Of a stretch of DNA of 64,000 nucleotides, positions 8,882 to 20,166 are shown piece by piece (the first letter of the stretch is position 1; each line of letters begins with the position of its first letter). A program made the position numbers and the translations under genes. The notes under the pieces were generated by a model. It saw only the letters and a list, made by a program, of their open reading frames with translations. It had not been told where the DNA came from and did not search any database. Source of the DNA: Bacillota bacterium (GTDB taxonomy: Bacteria > Bacillota > DTU025); contig JBMNJT010000002.1 in the NCBI GenBank assembly GCA_050951805.1, forward strand, positions 576,001 to 640,000, in the 5' to 3' direction.

Positions 8882-9251
8882 TGTTAGTGGAGCCTCCCGT
8901 ATTGATATTGTTGATGCTGCCTTCACGCGACGAATTCGATTGTCTTAACGTACACGAGCTGGGCAAGCCTTCGCCCCGAAATCCGAAGCTAAGCCGAGGC
9001 TTGCTTCGGATTTGCGTCATTGTTAGCCCGGTCATCCGTGCGTCAGTCGAAAAGAACCTCACCAGGAATTACTCTGCTGCCAATTAGCCATCGGATTCGA
9101 TCCGAAATCTAACGGTAGGAGAGTAGAACATGAGTCGGCCCAACCAAGCTTTGAATGTTGTCCACAAGCCAGCATCCAGCCGCAGAGGCTCTTAAGGCGT
9201 ACAGACGGGCTCAGCTGAGCCGAGGTCATAGCATAGTCTAAGGACGCGTTG

Positions 9252-10100
9252 TCAGTCGCGTCGCTTAGGCTGTTCACCGCGGACACCGTAGGGAAGCGGT
9301 ATATACCCCACTGATGGCCTTTTCCGGGAAGCAGCTTGCGGGTAAAGCTCCATGAGATCGTATATCTCCCTAGGCATGTCTGTGCGTACCGAAAGGCCCA
9401 TCTGTTTGAGCTCTTCACATGTAATTGGATAGTCATGAGTCCAGCGCCCAGTAGAAAGCTGATCCGTAATTTCTGCAGCCTTTTCGGGCGGCATCTTGTC
9501 CGCCAAGATCTTCATAATGAGGCCATGGACTTGCTTCAATGCTTTCTCGGATACATCCGCGAGTATTAGGGTTTGGTCATCTAACTCGGCAACCGGCTTT
9601 CTGGCCACAGCGGAAAGTATCGATGCTGCGGGATATGAGCCTATTTGAGGGTCAACCGGGCCAAGCACGGCATTGGGATCCATAACTATTTCGTCGGCAG
9701 CCAGGGCGATAAGTGTGCCGCCTGACATGGCGTAGTGAGGGACGAATACTGTAACTTTGGCCGGATGATTCTTTATGGCATGGGCAATCTGCTCCGTGGC
9801 CAGGACGAGTCCTCCCGGAGTATGGAGGACAATATCGATGGGAACGTTCGGGTCAGTCAGCCTTATCGCCCGCAGAACCTGTTCCGAGTCCTCAATATCG
9901 ATATGGCGGCCGAAGGTCATCCCGAATAGGTTTGTCGATTCTTGCCTATGTATCAGCGTGATGACTCGGGATCGTCTTCCCTTCTCGAAATTCCGTATGA
10001 CACGATATCTATGAGAATCTCGTGTCTGTCGAGAAAGCAATGGCACGAAACTCCACACGATGATAAGAAGCCAGAAGATGTCCAGAATAGTGATGCGCAT
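9252..10100 (-). CDS. ClpP/crotonase-class membrane-anchored serine protease (SDH family)
   Basis: HTPGGLVLA, PHYAMSGGTLIALAADEI, LGPVDPQ, WTHDYP. Confidence 0.9.
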   Translation of the reverse strand: MRITILDIFWLLIIVWSFVPLLSRQTRDSHRYRVIRNFEKGRRSRVITLIHRQESTNLFGMTFGRHIDIEDSEQVLRAIRLTDPNVPIDIVLHTPGGLVLATEQIAHAIKNHPAKVTVFVPHYAMSGGTLIALAADEIVMDPNAVLGPVDPQIGSYPAASILSAVARKPVAELDDQTLILADVSEKALKQVHGLIMKILADKMPPEKAAEITDQLSTGRWTHDYPITCEELKQMGLSVRTDMPREIYDLMELYPQAASRKRPSVGYIPLPYGVRGEQPKRRD

Positions 10101-10532
10101 GTGCTCCCCTCCCGATCATTTGTTATTCTATGTTTCCGCATATCGATTATAGCCTTATTATCCTTCCAATTCCATAAGGCTAGTAGTAATCTGCTGATGA
10201 TGGTTGTGCGCATGGGCGTTTTCCCAGGGCTAGGCGGAAGAGCGGAGGGATGCTCATGATGGCACTTCGCCAGAGATGACACATGGCGTTAGCTAGAGTG
10301 AAGATTTGGCAATGGCCGTGGCGAAACAGGGAAGGCCTCGAACTGCTAGTTTTCGGGCGAACCAAAGGCTGTACTGGCCACTTGCATGTTGCGTAGCCAA
10401 GGCCCTGCGCAGTGCGGCAGGACATCGAGCTTGTCCATGTTCTTCACTCAGTTGTTGCTCCGTCGGCAAGTTGAGGGCGCGATCGGATTGCGTCGCGTTC
10501 TCCATGAAAATCGGGACCGGCATGGGCTATCG

Positions 10533-11609
10533 CTAACTCCACATGCCGGCCTGTGCTACGAGGCTGAGAGAATCATAGGGGATGGCACCCAGACGCCATA
10601 TCGCTATTTTGTTAATGCCTAGTCTGGAAAGGGTATCCAATTTGACAGCCAAAGACATGAGATCTTCATACCAAACCCGATGCAACCTGCCTGAAGCGTC
10701 GTGGTAGACAAATCCCAAAGTCCCATCATGCTGGTCGCGCTCGATCAAGGCGCCGGTCTCTCTTGATATCCGCTCCGCTGCTTCTACTCTCAGATAAGCT
10801 GCGCCCTCGTCATCGGTCCAATCGAGTCCGTAGATGCCAAGCGCGACAGTGAGTTTGCCGGTCCCGATCTTGTCTATAGCGGCCTTCACATTCTCTTCCA
10901 GCCATGACACGGGAGTCGGTGGGCCTTCGACGGAGTCCGCCCCTTTCTCGTAGCCTTCCATTATCATTAAGTCGGCATATTGAGCCATGCAGGCTAAGTC
11001 AAGCCCATGGTCGCGCCAATCGTGCGGGAATACTATTGCAATGGTGTAGTAGGGGCTGAGTCTAGTGAACCTGGAACGCATTTCGCATGCTAGCTTGGGC
11101 AGCATGGCCCAATGATCTGCATCGATTTGCTGGAAGTCGATGCAAACCCCGTCGAGGCAACAGGTGGTGACAGCTTCCACAATCGATGCTGCAAGATGTG
11201 AACGGCTATCGTCTGCCAGCAGGGTTGCGGTAACCGCCTCCCTAGAATAGGTGGCATCCGACTGGTTGGTGACTCCGGCCAACACGCGTGTGCGCCTTGC
11301 CCGAAGGATTTGGAGTGCGCGATCCAGGGCGGCCGCCCTCACTGTCCCATCTGGTTGTATGCGGATGAAAGTGTATATGATTTCATTGAAAGGTTCCGGA
11401 GACGCGAGAGCGTCTGCGATCCCTTCCGCAACCGCGTAATCGGGCACAAACCCGATCAGCCTGTGCTTTCGGGGGATGTGAAGCACTTGCCCGGGACGCA
11501 CGTCGTACGGCTCTTCTATGGAGTTAGCTTGTGCTATCGCTCGATAGTCATGGCGGAATCTCTGCGCTATGAGCCATAGAGTATCTCCGCTTTGGACTGT
11601 ATAATGCAT
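10533..11609 (-). CDS. LysM + glycoside hydrolase family 18 protein (YaaH/YdhD-like, spore associated)
   Basis: YTVQSGDTLWLIA LysM; DGVCIDFQ; YGLDW; HRVWYED; IAIWRLG. Confidence 0.85.
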   Translation of the reverse strand: MHYTVQSGDTLWLIAQRFRHDYRAIAQANSIEEPYDVRPGQVLHIPRKHRLIGFVPDYAVAEGIADALASPEPFNEIIYTFIRIQPDGTVRAAALDRALQILRARRTRVLAGVTNQSDATYSREAVTATLLADDSRSHLAASIVEAVTTCCLDGVCIDFQQIDADHWAMLPKLACEMRSRFTRLSPYYTIAIVFPHDWRDHGLDLACMAQYADLMIMEGYEKGADSVEGPPTPVSWLEENVKAAIDKIGTGKLTVALGIYGLDWTDDEGAAYLRVEAAERISRETGALIERDQHDGTLGFVYHDASGRLHRVWYEDLMSLAVKLDTLSRLGINKIAIWRLGAIPYDSLSLVAQAGMWS

Positions 11610-11649
11610 TCATGCCGCCTCCTGCGAGCGGTGATGACCTGAACACTAC

Positions 11650-11678
11650 AAGCTATGCAAAAGGTCATAAAAAAGTTC
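11650..11678 (-). promoter_or_regulatory. Possible sigma-K/sigma-E type sporulation promoter
   Basis: Minus strand AAC-N17-CATAGCTT upstream of the GGAGG RBS of the LysM-GH18 gene. Confidence 0.3.
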
Positions 11679-11715
11679 CCGCTCATGGAGACGGCATGCT
11701 TAGTATATTTGCGCG

Positions 11716-12267
11716 CTATGAGAATTTGGTTGTTTTCTTTGTCGTCCCGTATCTATCCGTGACGGCTCCAGTTCTGAGCAGCGCCTCAGATACAAGCAAT
11801 GCGAGGGCGCCTCCTGCCAGCGCCGTGAAGAGCTGCGGGGAGCCCATGGCTTTCGCGGCTGCTTCAGGCAATGACAGAAGGTGTTTGGCGCTTAATGAGA
11901 TGAAGAGAAACTTGATCACAGAAGCGACCGCGATACCTAGAATGCGGATGGACAGACTCTTGCCTTTGCCTGTTTCGTCTATGAGGCCGAAGATGATGCA
12001 CAAAGATGCATTTCCCAGCTGGATAACGGGGACCAGGGGCCCTGCCGCCATTATCCCTACCATCCATGCGACAAGTGGCGTTGCAAGGCCTATAACGGCT
12101 CCGCTCCACATGCCAACGAGGATGACTGAGAGGAATAGAAACATATTGACTACGGGTCCGGTAAATGCTTGAGGCAACTTGAAGACTACTTGAAACGCGA
12201 GGGTCATAGCCAACAGAATTGCTGTTCGAGTTATCCAGTTGACTGGCTTGCCTGACATCAGCACCAC
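11716..12267 (-). CDS. Solitary ECF transporter S component, substrate unknown
   Basis: ITRTAILLA, TGPVVN, GLATP, PVIQLGN, PQLFTALAGG; about 6 TM, 183 aa. Confidence 0.8.
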   Translation of the reverse strand: MVLMSGKPVNWITRTAILLAMTLAFQVVFKLPQAFTGPVVNMFLFLSVILVGMWSGAVIGLATPLVAWMVGIMAAGPLVPVIQLGNASLCIIFGLIDETGKGKSLSIRILGIAVASVIKFLFISLSAKHLLSLPEAAAKAMGSPQLFTALAGGALALLVSEALLRTGAVTDRYGTTKKTTKFS

Positions 12268-12279
12268 GCTCCTATGCCT

Positions 12280-13020
12280 TTAGTATCCGTAAATGAGCAG
12301 CATGCCTGCGAGTATTCCGATCACTATTCCGAAGGTTCCAGAGTGTCCATCAGCGAATTCCTGAGCGTCAGGTATGAGCTCGTCAGCGGTGATGAACACC
12401 ATGGCGCCTCCAGCAAAAGCCAGAGAGACGGCGAGCATGCCATTGGAGATGTTTCCGATAGCAGCGCCTACAAATGCCCCTAACGCCATTGGCAGACCTG
12501 CGAGGGCGCCATATAGTGTGCTTTGCTTTCTGCCAACGCCTCCTGCACACATGGGTGCAGCCATGGCCATGCCTTCCGGGATGTTGTGAATGGCAATGGT
12601 GAGAGCCACTGAAAGGCCAAGCGAGTTGCCATGAGCGTAACCCGCTCCAATAGCCAACCCCTCCGGCAGATTGTGCATGGCAATTCCGATCCCCGTGAGA
12701 AGCCCTGCTTTGAGAAACCGATTCTGCTTACAGTCTTCTGAGACGAAGTGGAAATGGGGTATCAGAAGATCCATGATTCCTGTGGCCCCGACGCCGAGCA
12801 AAAAACCGCCTACTGTCTGCGCAACCCCGCCTATTTCTATGGCTTCGGGCATAAGGTCGAGGAAGACTATTGACAGCATTACTCCGGCGGCTATCCCCAT
12901 GAGCGTCGAGAGAGTGCGCCGCTTGGGAGTCCCCGATGCTGCTGTCAGAAAAGCGCCGAACCCTGTGCCGAGGACGCCCGCTGCAAGCCCTAGAAGTGTT
13001 GCATTCCAGATGTGCTGCAA
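12280..13020 (-). CDS. ZIP family metal transporter (ZupT/GufA)
   Basis: AAGVML, HNLPEGLA, HNIPEGMA, AGGAM..DELIP; GGAGGTG RBS before TTG 13020. Confidence 0.92.
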   Translation of the reverse strand: MQHIWNATLLGLAAGVLGTGFGAFLTAASGTPKRRTLSTLMGIAAGVMLSIVFLDLMPEAIEIGGVAQTVGGFLLGVGATGIMDLLIPHFHFVSEDCKQNRFLKAGLLTGIGIAMHNLPEGLAIGAGYAHGNSLGLSVALTIAIHNIPEGMAMAAPMCAGGVGRKQSTLYGALAGLPMALGAFVGAAIGNISNGMLAVSLAFAGGAMVFITADELIPDAQEFADGHSGTFGIVIGILAGMLLIYGY

Positions 13021-13150
13021 TTTAGCACCTCCTGCTCTTAGCATATTCTACGTCCATGCACCTCCCATGTCAAAACCGAATGTACAGGAGATTAGGGCAC
13101 ATGATGGACGAGATCGCTGTATGGTATAATTGCGCGGAGAGGGTGGTCGG

Positions 13151-13918
13151 ATGATTCTCGCAATTGATGTGGGCAATACCAATACTGTGCTAGGTGTATT
13201 CGATGGCGAAGAACTCCTTGCAGACTACAGAGTATCCACAGACAGGCAAAGGACTGCTGATGAATGGGGCATGCTTTTGCTGGAATTGCTTGACCATGCG
13301 AAAATCGATGGGGCTGCGATTTCCGGAGTGATTATCTCGTCAGTCGTTCCTCCGATAATCACGGAACTTGCGAAGATGTCGCGCAGGTACTTTCGGTGCG
13401 ATCCCGAAGTTGTAGGGCCGGGGATGAAGACGGGAATTTCCATAAGATACGAAAATCCGAAAGAAGTGGGGGCCGACAGGATCGTAAATGCCGTTGCCGG
13501 GTACGAGCTGTACGGCGGTCCTCTAATTATTGTAGATTTCGGCACCGCCACCACTTTTTGTGCTATTGGTCAAACAGGCGATTACCTTGGCGGCGCTATC
13601 GCCCCCGGGATTATGATATCAGCTGAAGCTTTGTATATGAGGGCGGCCCGTCTTCCTAGGGTGGAATTGACGAAGCCGCAGTCTGTTATAGGCAAGAACA
13701 CGGTTTCAAGCATGCAGGCCGGAATCCTATACGGCTTCGTGGGCCAGGTTGATGAGATCGTCCGAAGAATAAAGCAGGAGCTTGGGGGCGATCCGAAAGT
13801 GATTGCCACTGGAGGGCTTGCGGAAGTGATATCTCTTGAGTCAGATCATATCGATGAGGTCAATCAAAACTTGACGCTAATAGGGCTGCGCATTTTATGG
13901 GAGAGGAATCATTCTTAG
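13151..13918 (+). CDS. coaX: Type III pantothenate kinase
   Basis: [34 protein letters not shown]. Confidence 0.97.
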   Translation: MILAIDVGNTNTVLGVFDGEELLADYRVSTDRQRTADEWGMLLLELLDHAKIDGAAISGVIISSVVPPIITELAKMSRRYFRCDPEVVGPGMKTGISIRYENPKEVGADRIVNAVAGYELYGGPLIIVDFGTATTFCAIGQTGDYLGGAIAPGIMISAEALYMRAARLPRVELTKPQSVIGKNTVSSMQAGILYGFVGQVDEIVRRIKQELGGDPKVIATGGLAEVISLESDHIDEVNQNLTLIGLRILWERNHS

Positions 13919-13933
13919 GCTCAGCGGGGTGAT

Positions 13934-15259
13934 ATGTTGAATACCAGTTTCAGCCTTGAGGGTGCAAACAACAGCTCGTTGCATTCCGGATCAGGCGACA
14001 ATATGGAAAGGGCGGTGTTGGTGGGCTTGGAGACCGCCGCTCCTTCTGCGTGGAACATAGACGACTCCATAGGAGAGCTGGCACATTTGACTGAAACTGC
14101 TGGGGCAGCCGTGGTCGCCACAGTCATCCAGAAGAAGGGCAAACCTGATCCCGCTTATTACGTGGGAGAGGGCAAAGCTCGGGAGATCGAGATGGTTCGG
14201 TCGGCGACAGAGGCCAACCTCGTCATCTTCGACGACGAACTGACTCCTGCGCAACAGCGAAATCTGGAGGAGATCATAGAAGGGCGAATAATCGACAGGA
14301 CTGAGCTGATCCTCGATATTTTCGCTCAGCGTGCTGCGACATCTGAAGGTAAACTCCAGGTTGAGTTGGCGCAACTCAATTACATGCTTCCAAGGTTGGC
14401 TGGCCGAGGGACAGAGATGTCGCGGCTTGGGGGCGGTATCGGTACCCGGGGGCCTGGAGAGACCAAACTTGAGGCGGACCGCAGGACGATCAGAAACCGT
14501 ATATCCAGCATCACCCGCGAGCTTGAGACGGTCAGGCAGCGCCGCACGGTGCAGCGGCAAAAGAGGCGTGATGCCGATCTCCCGCTTGTTGCGTTGGTGG
14601 GCTACACCAATGCAGGCAAGTCAAGTTTGCTCAACACCCTTACCGGGGCTGAAGTCCTTGTAGAGGACAAGCTCTTTGCCACCCTCGATCCAACGACTCG
14701 TCGATACACGCTCCCTGACGGGCAGGCGCTCTTGCTCACGGATACCGTTGGTTTTATACAGAAACTGCCTCATCATTTGATAATGGCGTTCCGGGCCACG
14801 ATGGAAGAGGTCGTGGATGCTGATATGCTGTTGCACGTGGTCGACGCTTCTCACCCGCAGGCAGTGGAGCATTGCGAAGCCGTCTTTGATGTATTGCGCG
14901 AGATCGATGCCGCGGACCATCCGGTCATCACTGTGCTCAACAAATCAGATTTGCCCGAATCGGGCCCGATGATAGAGAGGCTGCATCATGCCTACCCGAA
15001 AAGTGTTGCCGTTTCCGCAGTAACAGGCGACGGGCTCGATGATCTTGCTGAGATGATATCGGAGGAGTTATCCAGCTGGAGGGTGAGGATCGAGGAGCTC
15101 GTGCCCTACGGTGATCCCGTGCTAGGACTGATCAGAGCAAGGGGCAGGGTAATCTCTGAAGTGTATCGCGAGGACGGCGTTGCCATCGTGGCAGAAGTAG
15201 ATCGCATGGTCGCAGGACAGGTAAGAAAGGCGAGATCCAATGGCTCTAAGCGCCAGTGA
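13934..15259 (+). CDS. hflX: Ribosome-splitting GTPase HflX
   Basis: [41 protein letters not shown]; start could be about 14003. Confidence 0.97.
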   Translation: MLNTSFSLEGANNSSLHSGSGDNMERAVLVGLETAAPSAWNIDDSIGELAHLTETAGAAVVATVIQKKGKPDPAYYVGEGKAREIEMVRSATEANLVIFDDELTPAQQRNLEEIIEGRIIDRTELILDIFAQRAATSEGKLQVELAQLNYMLPRLAGRGTEMSRLGGGIGTRGPGETKLEADRRTIRNRISSITRELETVRQRRTVQRQKRRDADLPLVALVGYTNAGKSSLLNTLTGAEVLVEDKLFATLDPTTRRYTLPDGQALLLTDTVGFIQKLPHHLIMAFRATMEEVVDADMLLHVVDASHPQAVEHCEAVFDVLREIDAADHPVITVLNKSDLPESGPMIERLHHAYPKSVAVSAVTGDGLDDLAEMISEELSSWRVRIEELVPYGDPVLGLIRARGRVISEVYREDGVAIVAEVDRMVAGQVRKARSNGSKRQ

Positions 15260-16277
15260 CTCCTCTTTTCGGCGGGAGCCCGATTCCGTTCTTGCCGATG
15301 GTTTTGCCATCGGCGGCGTGCGCGTGATGAATCCGCTTGTGCTTGCGCCAATGGCTGGCGTGAGCGATGCCCCCTTCCGGCGGATATGCAAAGAGATGGG
15401 CTGTGCCCTTGTCTATACGGAGATGATCAGCGGCATGGCCCTGGTATATCGAAATCGGCGCACCCTGGACATGCTGCATGTCTCGGAAGACGAGCACCCC
15501 ATTGCCATACAGCTCTTCGGGTCGGATCCGCGTGTAATGGCCAGCGCAGCTCGGATTGTGATGGATGCCGGAGCAGACGTGATCGACATCAACATGGGAT
15601 GTCCTGTGCCTAAGATCGTGAACAACGGTGAGGGTTCGGCGTTGATGCGGGATCCTGAGAGAGCGTGGGCTATTGTTGCAGCTGTGCGGCAGGCGGTTGA
15701 CGTTCCTGTTACAGTCAAGATCCGCAAGGGATGGGATGACTCCAGCGTGAACGCTGTCGAGTTTGCCAAGGGTTGCGTGGATGCTGGGGCGGACGGGGTC
15801 GCCGTTCATGGCCGGACGCGTGAACAGGGCTACAGTGGCGATGCTGACTGGAACATAATCGCTCAAGTCGCTCATGCGGTGGATGTGCCAGTGATCGGCA
15901 ATGGGGACGTAATCAGCGCCGAGAATTCTTTCGAAATGCTGGAGAGCACGGGGTGCGCCGGGGTTATGATCGGCCGTGGGGCACTGGGTAACCCTTGGAT
16001 CTTCCGAGATTGTCTGCATTATCTGGCTACAGGCATGCATCTTCCTCAGCCTCAGCCCCGCGATAGGATTTCTATGGCATTACGCCATCTCGATGACGCT
16101 GTCGATCTCAATGGGGAAAAGGTAGCCGTGCGCGAGATGCGAAAACACATGGCTTGGTATATTAAGGGGCTTCGGGGTGCAGCCCGTATCCGCGAGGCAA
16201 TAAATGCTTCGGAGGACGCTGAAGCATTGCGTAGTATTATGCGTGCTTACTTGAGACAACTTGAGGACGGCGTTTGA
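15240..16277 (+). CDS. dusB: tRNA-dihydrouridine synthase
   Basis: [36 protein letters not shown]. Confidence 0.96.
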   Translation: MALSASDSSFRREPDSVLADGFAIGGVRVMNPLVLAPMAGVSDAPFRRICKEMGCALVYTEMISGMALVYRNRRTLDMLHVSEDEHPIAIQLFGSDPRVMASAARIVMDAGADVIDINMGCPVPKIVNNGEGSALMRDPERAWAIVAAVRQAVDVPVTVKIRKGWDDSSVNAVEFAKGCVDAGADGVAVHGRTREQGYSGDADWNIIAQVAHAVDVPVIGNGDVISAENSFEMLESTGCAGVMIGRGALGNPWIFRDCLHYLATGMHLPQPQPRDRISMALRHLDDAVDLNGEKVAVREMRKHMAWYIKGLRGAARIREAINASEDAEALRSIMRAYLRQLEDGV

Positions 16278-16471
16278 AGCAGTCTCGTGGGCAATTGACT
16301 GTTGCGGAGGGAATGTCGCCTTTGACCGCCTCATGCCTGGGCGGTGTTTTGTTTTGCGTCTGTGCAAGGAAACACCCGAAAAACACTTGTTTGCAGGTGC
16401 GTCCTCTGGTAAAATCGGTGTGTGCACACAGATGTGAACATTCCTACGTCTGTCTTCTGCGGGGGGTGGGC

Positions 16472-17014
16472 TTGACGAATCTCATACGCATTGGCGACAA
16501 GGTTGTTGACAGGGACAGGATTGACAGGGCCCTCGATAAGCTGTTTGATATGCGACAGAACGGAGCGTCCCAGGCTGAAGTGGCTGCAGCCTTAGGAACA
16601 GATAGATCATTCGTGTCGCGCCTTGAGAATCTCGGCGAGATTCGAAAGGGCGAACGAGTTGCGGTCATCGGCTTTCCAATCGGGAACAAAGAAGAGATAG
16701 AACAACTGGCGAAGAAAGCCGGGGTTGACTACGTTTGGCTCATGAATGACGAGGAACGTTGGGCTTACGTAGAAGACAGGTCCGGAATAGAGCTGCTCAA
16801 TGATGTGATTCGCGAGATATCAGATTTTAACCAGTATGATCAGGTGATTTTTCTTGGCTCAGATTTCCGGGTCCGTCTCATCGAGGCGATTCTAGGTGAG
16901 AAGGTAACATCAGTAGTGATCGGAAAGTCCCCAATCAAGGAGGATGTCAACATAGATGTGGCGGAAATGATCTCCATCATTAAGGCTGTGCGGGGAGGCG
17001 CTGAAAAGGCATGA
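16472..17014 (+). CDS. HTH (XRE-like) domain protein, putative transcriptional regulator
   Basis: GASQAEVAAALGTDRSFVSRLE helix-turn-helix, then GEIRKG..IGFP; TTG start after a G-rich RBS; overlaps the next gene by ATGA. Confidence 0.75.
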   Translation: MTNLIRIGDKVVDRDRIDRALDKLFDMRQNGASQAEVAAALGTDRSFVSRLENLGEIRKGERVAVIGFPIGNKEEIEQLAKKAGVDYVWLMNDEERWAYVEDRSGIELLNDVIREISDFNQYDQVIFLGSDFRVRLIEAILGEKVTSVVIGKSPIKEDVNIDVAEMISIIKAVRGGAEKA

Positions 17015-17931
17015 AGCACGTTGTCAGTGTTAGCATAGGCTCATCCGATCGTAACCATTCAGCCACTGTTAACTTGCTCGGAGAGGATATCCTTGTGGAG
17101 CGAATCGGGACCGACGGAGATATGAATAGAGCGGTCGAGCTCATCAGCGAACTCGACGGAAAAGTTGATGCTTTCGGAATGGGCGGCATCGATCTTTACA
17201 TGGCGGGGGTCGGCAAGAGATACGTCTTTCGGGATGCAAAAAGGATTTCCCAGGCAGCAAAGAAGACGCCGCTTGTGGACGGCACAATCCTCAAGAGCAG
17301 TTTGGAGTATAACGCAGTGAAGTATGCTGCCGAGGTTGAAAAGCTACCCATGGCCGGCAAGAATGTATTCGTGGTGTGTGTTATCGATCGGATAGGCATG
17401 GGTCGGGCCTTTGAAGAGCTCGGGTGCAACATGGTGTACGGAGACTTGATGTTCAGCACCGGCATGCATATTCCGCTCTATTCACTTAATTCCATATATA
17501 AGTTGGCGCCTATATTCATGCCAATAATGACTCAACTCCCGTTTAGTTGGCTCTATCCAACGGGCAAGGAACAGAATGCCAGTTGCAAGCGGCCAAAGGA
17601 CAAGAAACCAAAGTTTCAGAAATACTACAATGACGCTCATGTCATTGCAGGCGACTTCCATTACATATACAAGTATCTGCCTGAGGATATCAGCGGAAAG
17701 ATAGTCGTTACGAATACGGTGACTTCGAAGGACGTTGATGAGCTAGGGCGGCGAGGAGCTAGCGCTCTGGTGACCACGACTCCAGAGATCAATGGGCGCT
17801 CATTCGGGGTCAACGTTATCGAGGCAATACTCGTTGCGTTGATCGGTAAACCTGTCGAGGATATTAGTGACGAGGATTTTACGGCGATGTTACAATGTCT
17901 CGAGATAAAGCCTCGTATTGTGAGGTATTGA
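17011..17931 (+). CDS. Conserved protein of unknown function (family often auto-labelled 'quinate 5-dehydrogenase')
   Basis: VVSVSIGSSDR, ERIGTDGD, DAFGMGGID, LYPTG, IAGDFHYI, GRSFG.NVIEA. Confidence 0.75.
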   Translation: MKHVVSVSIGSSDRNHSATVNLLGEDILVERIGTDGDMNRAVELISELDGKVDAFGMGGIDLYMAGVGKRYVFRDAKRISQAAKKTPLVDGTILKSSLEYNAVKYAAEVEKLPMAGKNVFVVCVIDRIGMGRAFEELGCNMVYGDLMFSTGMHIPLYSLNSIYKLAPIFMPIMTQLPFSWLYPTGKEQNASCKRPKDKKPKFQKYYNDAHVIAGDFHYIYKYLPEDISGKIVVTNTVTSKDVDELGRRGASALVTTTPEINGRSFGVNVIEAILVALIGKPVEDISDEDFTAMLQCLEIKPRIVRY

Positions 17932-17998
17932 TGAGGGCGAGATGGCAGTTTTGCCATTAGATGTGCGAACCTATACATGTGTGGCAGACCCTGGCTTC

Positions 17999-18027
17999 TT
18001 GACAACCTGGGGTCTGCTTGCCATAAT
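17999..18027 (+). promoter_or_regulatory. Sigma-A promoter of greA-lysS-nagB
   Basis: TTGACA-N17-CATAAT. Confidence 0.7.
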
Positions 18028-18178
18028 ATTGGCGTGACTTTTGGCGGGAGCGCCATCTTTTTTTACTGCAGCGATTTATGGATCTTTCGGGTTTGAATCT
18101 GTCCGACGGGGCGCGAATACAATGGTTATCATCCTAGATGGTGGCTAGGAATTGACGTTTGAGGGGAGCTTGGTATAG

Positions 18179-18655
18179 ATGTCTGACAAGGAAGTGATCC
18201 TCACTCCCGAAGGCCTCCATAACCTCGAAAAAGAGCTCGAGTATCTCAGGACGACAAAGCGTAGGGATATAGCGGCCCGGATCAAGCAGGCCATAGAGTT
18301 CGGAGATATCAGCGACAACTCTGAGTACGAAGATGCCAAAAACGAGCAGGCTTTTGTGGAGGGGCGCATTGCTCAGCTGGAAAAGATGCTGAGGAATGCC
18401 AAGATAATCGAAGGACCTGATGGAGATGGCGACGCGGTTTCTGTGGGTTCCACCGTAGTCTTGAAGGATTTGAACCATGGTGATGTAGAACAGTATACGA
18501 TAGTCGGTTCAGCCGAGGCAAATCCTAGCAGAAATCGTATTTCCAACGAGTCGCCTGTTGGTCGTGCAGTGCTAGGAAAGACTGTAGGCAGTATTGTGGA
18601 GGTAAATGTCCCGGTGGGAACAATCAGATACGAAGTAGTTCAGATTGCAAGGTGA
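18179..18655 (+). CDS. greA: Transcription elongation factor GreA
   Basis: GDISDNSEYEDAK, ISNESPVGRA. Confidence 0.98.
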   Translation: MSDKEVILTPEGLHNLEKELEYLRTTKRRDIAARIKQAIEFGDISDNSEYEDAKNEQAFVEGRIAQLEKMLRNAKIIEGPDGDGDAVSVGSTVVLKDLNHGDVEQYTIVGSAEANPSRNRISNESPVGRAVLGKTVGSIVEVNVPVGTIRYEVVQIAR

Positions 18656-20149
18656 GTGAAGATAATGGACGAACTTGGAGGACAATTTGAAGGCGCTGAA
18701 CTAGGGAATGAACTTGCCCATAGGAAAGCGAAGGTTGAGGAGTGGCGCTCACGCGGGATTGACCCGTATGGCTCCAAGTTTGTCAGGACGCATTGCGCTG
18801 CTGAGATTGTCGAGGACTTTTCAGAGCTGGAGGGCGAAGAGGTATCGATCGCTGGGCGGATTATGGCCTTGAGGGGCCATGGAAAGGCTTCATTCCTTGA
18901 TATTGTCGATGCATCCGGTCGCATACAGCTTTATGCCAAGCACGATGCTTTAGGGGATGAGCTGTACGAGTTGCTTGGAATGATGGACATCGGCGACATC
19001 ATTGGAGTTACAGGGACTGTGTTCCGTACCAGACGCGGGGAGATCAGTGTAGCCATATCTTCGTTCCGCATACTTTCTAAGGCGCTACGGCCGTTGCCTG
19101 AAAAATGGCATGGGCTTCGCGATGTGGATACCCGTTATCGCCAGCGTTATCTTGACCTCATGGTCAATCCGGAAGTGCAGAGGACTTTTGTTTTGCGGAC
19201 TAAGATAATATCGGCGATCCGCGAATACCTCGATTCCAGAGGCTTCCTAGAGGTTGAGACACCGTGCATGCATGCGATCGCCGGCGGTGCAGCAGCTCGA
19301 CCGTTCATTACGCATCATAACGCGCTTGATATGGAATTATACTTACGTATTGCTACGGAGCTGCATCTGAAGCGTTTGATAGTAGGCGGGTTTGAAAAGG
19401 TGTACGAGCTTGGCCGGATATTCCGGAATGAGGGCATCTCCACAAAGCATAATCCGGAATTCACGTCGATCGAAGTATATGAAGCTTATGCAGATTACTA
19501 CGATATGATGGATCTTACAGAGGGTCTTGTGGCGTATGTGGCCGAGACAGTGTTGGGCACTACGGAAGTGGAGTATCAAGGAGATAAGATCGATTTTGCG
19601 CCCCCTTGGACACGGATTACCATGGCTGAGGCAGTCCTAAAGGAGACAGGCGTCGATTTCCTCAACATCGAACAGACGGAGGCGGTAGCGGCCTCCAGGA
19701 AGTTAGGGCTGAAAGTGTCTGATGATGCTACTTGCGGCTTCTGCATGAGTGAAGCGTATGAGGAGTTCGTAGAGAGCCGTCTGGTGCAACCCACTATAGT
19801 CATGGATTATCCGATAGAAGTGTCGCCGCTTGCCAAAAGACGGGCTGACAACCCCAATCTCACCTACAGATTTGAAGTGGTATGTGCCGGACGCGAATTG
19901 GCTAATGCCTTCACAGAACTGAACGATCCAGAGGATCAGCTGCAGCGGTTCAGCGCTCAAGTTGCCCAGCGCGAGAAGGGCGATGATGAAGCGCACATGA
20001 TGGATGAGGATTTCGTGACGGCACTCGAGTATGGGATGCCTCCTACGGGGGGGATGGGGCTTGGGGTTGACAGGCTTGTAATGCTCCTCACCGATTCGCC
20101 ATCCATACGAGATGTGATACTCTTCCCGTTGATGCGTCCGAAAGAATAA
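18656..20149 (+). CDS. lysS: Lysine--tRNA ligase, class II
   Basis: [34 protein letters not shown]. Confidence 0.98.
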   Translation: MKIMDELGGQFEGAELGNELAHRKAKVEEWRSRGIDPYGSKFVRTHCAAEIVEDFSELEGEEVSIAGRIMALRGHGKASFLDIVDASGRIQLYAKHDALGDELYELLGMMDIGDIIGVTGTVFRTRRGEISVAISSFRILSKALRPLPEKWHGLRDVDTRYRQRYLDLMVNPEVQRTFVLRTKIISAIREYLDSRGFLEVETPCMHAIAGGAAARPFITHHNALDMELYLRIATELHLKRLIVGGFEKVYELGRIFRNEGISTKHNPEFTSIEVYEAYADYYDMMDLTEGLVAYVAETVLGTTEVEYQGDKIDFAPPWTRITMAEAVLKETGVDFLNIEQTEAVAASRKLGLKVSDDATCGFCMSEAYEEFVESRLVQPTIVMDYPIEVSPLAKRRADNPNLTYRFEVVCAGRELANAFTELNDPEDQLQRFSAQVAQREKGDDEAHMMDEDFVTALEYGMPPTGGMGLGVDRLVMLLTDSPSIRDVILFPLMRPKE

Positions 20150-20166
20150 GGTGGAGGCGAAGCGTC

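Noticed and set aside
8980-9110. Riboswitch upstream of the OYE gene
   Set aside because: Hairpins AAATCCGAAGC/GCTTCGGATTT and TCGGATTCGATCCGA are present, but no FMN or other aptamer consensus was recognised
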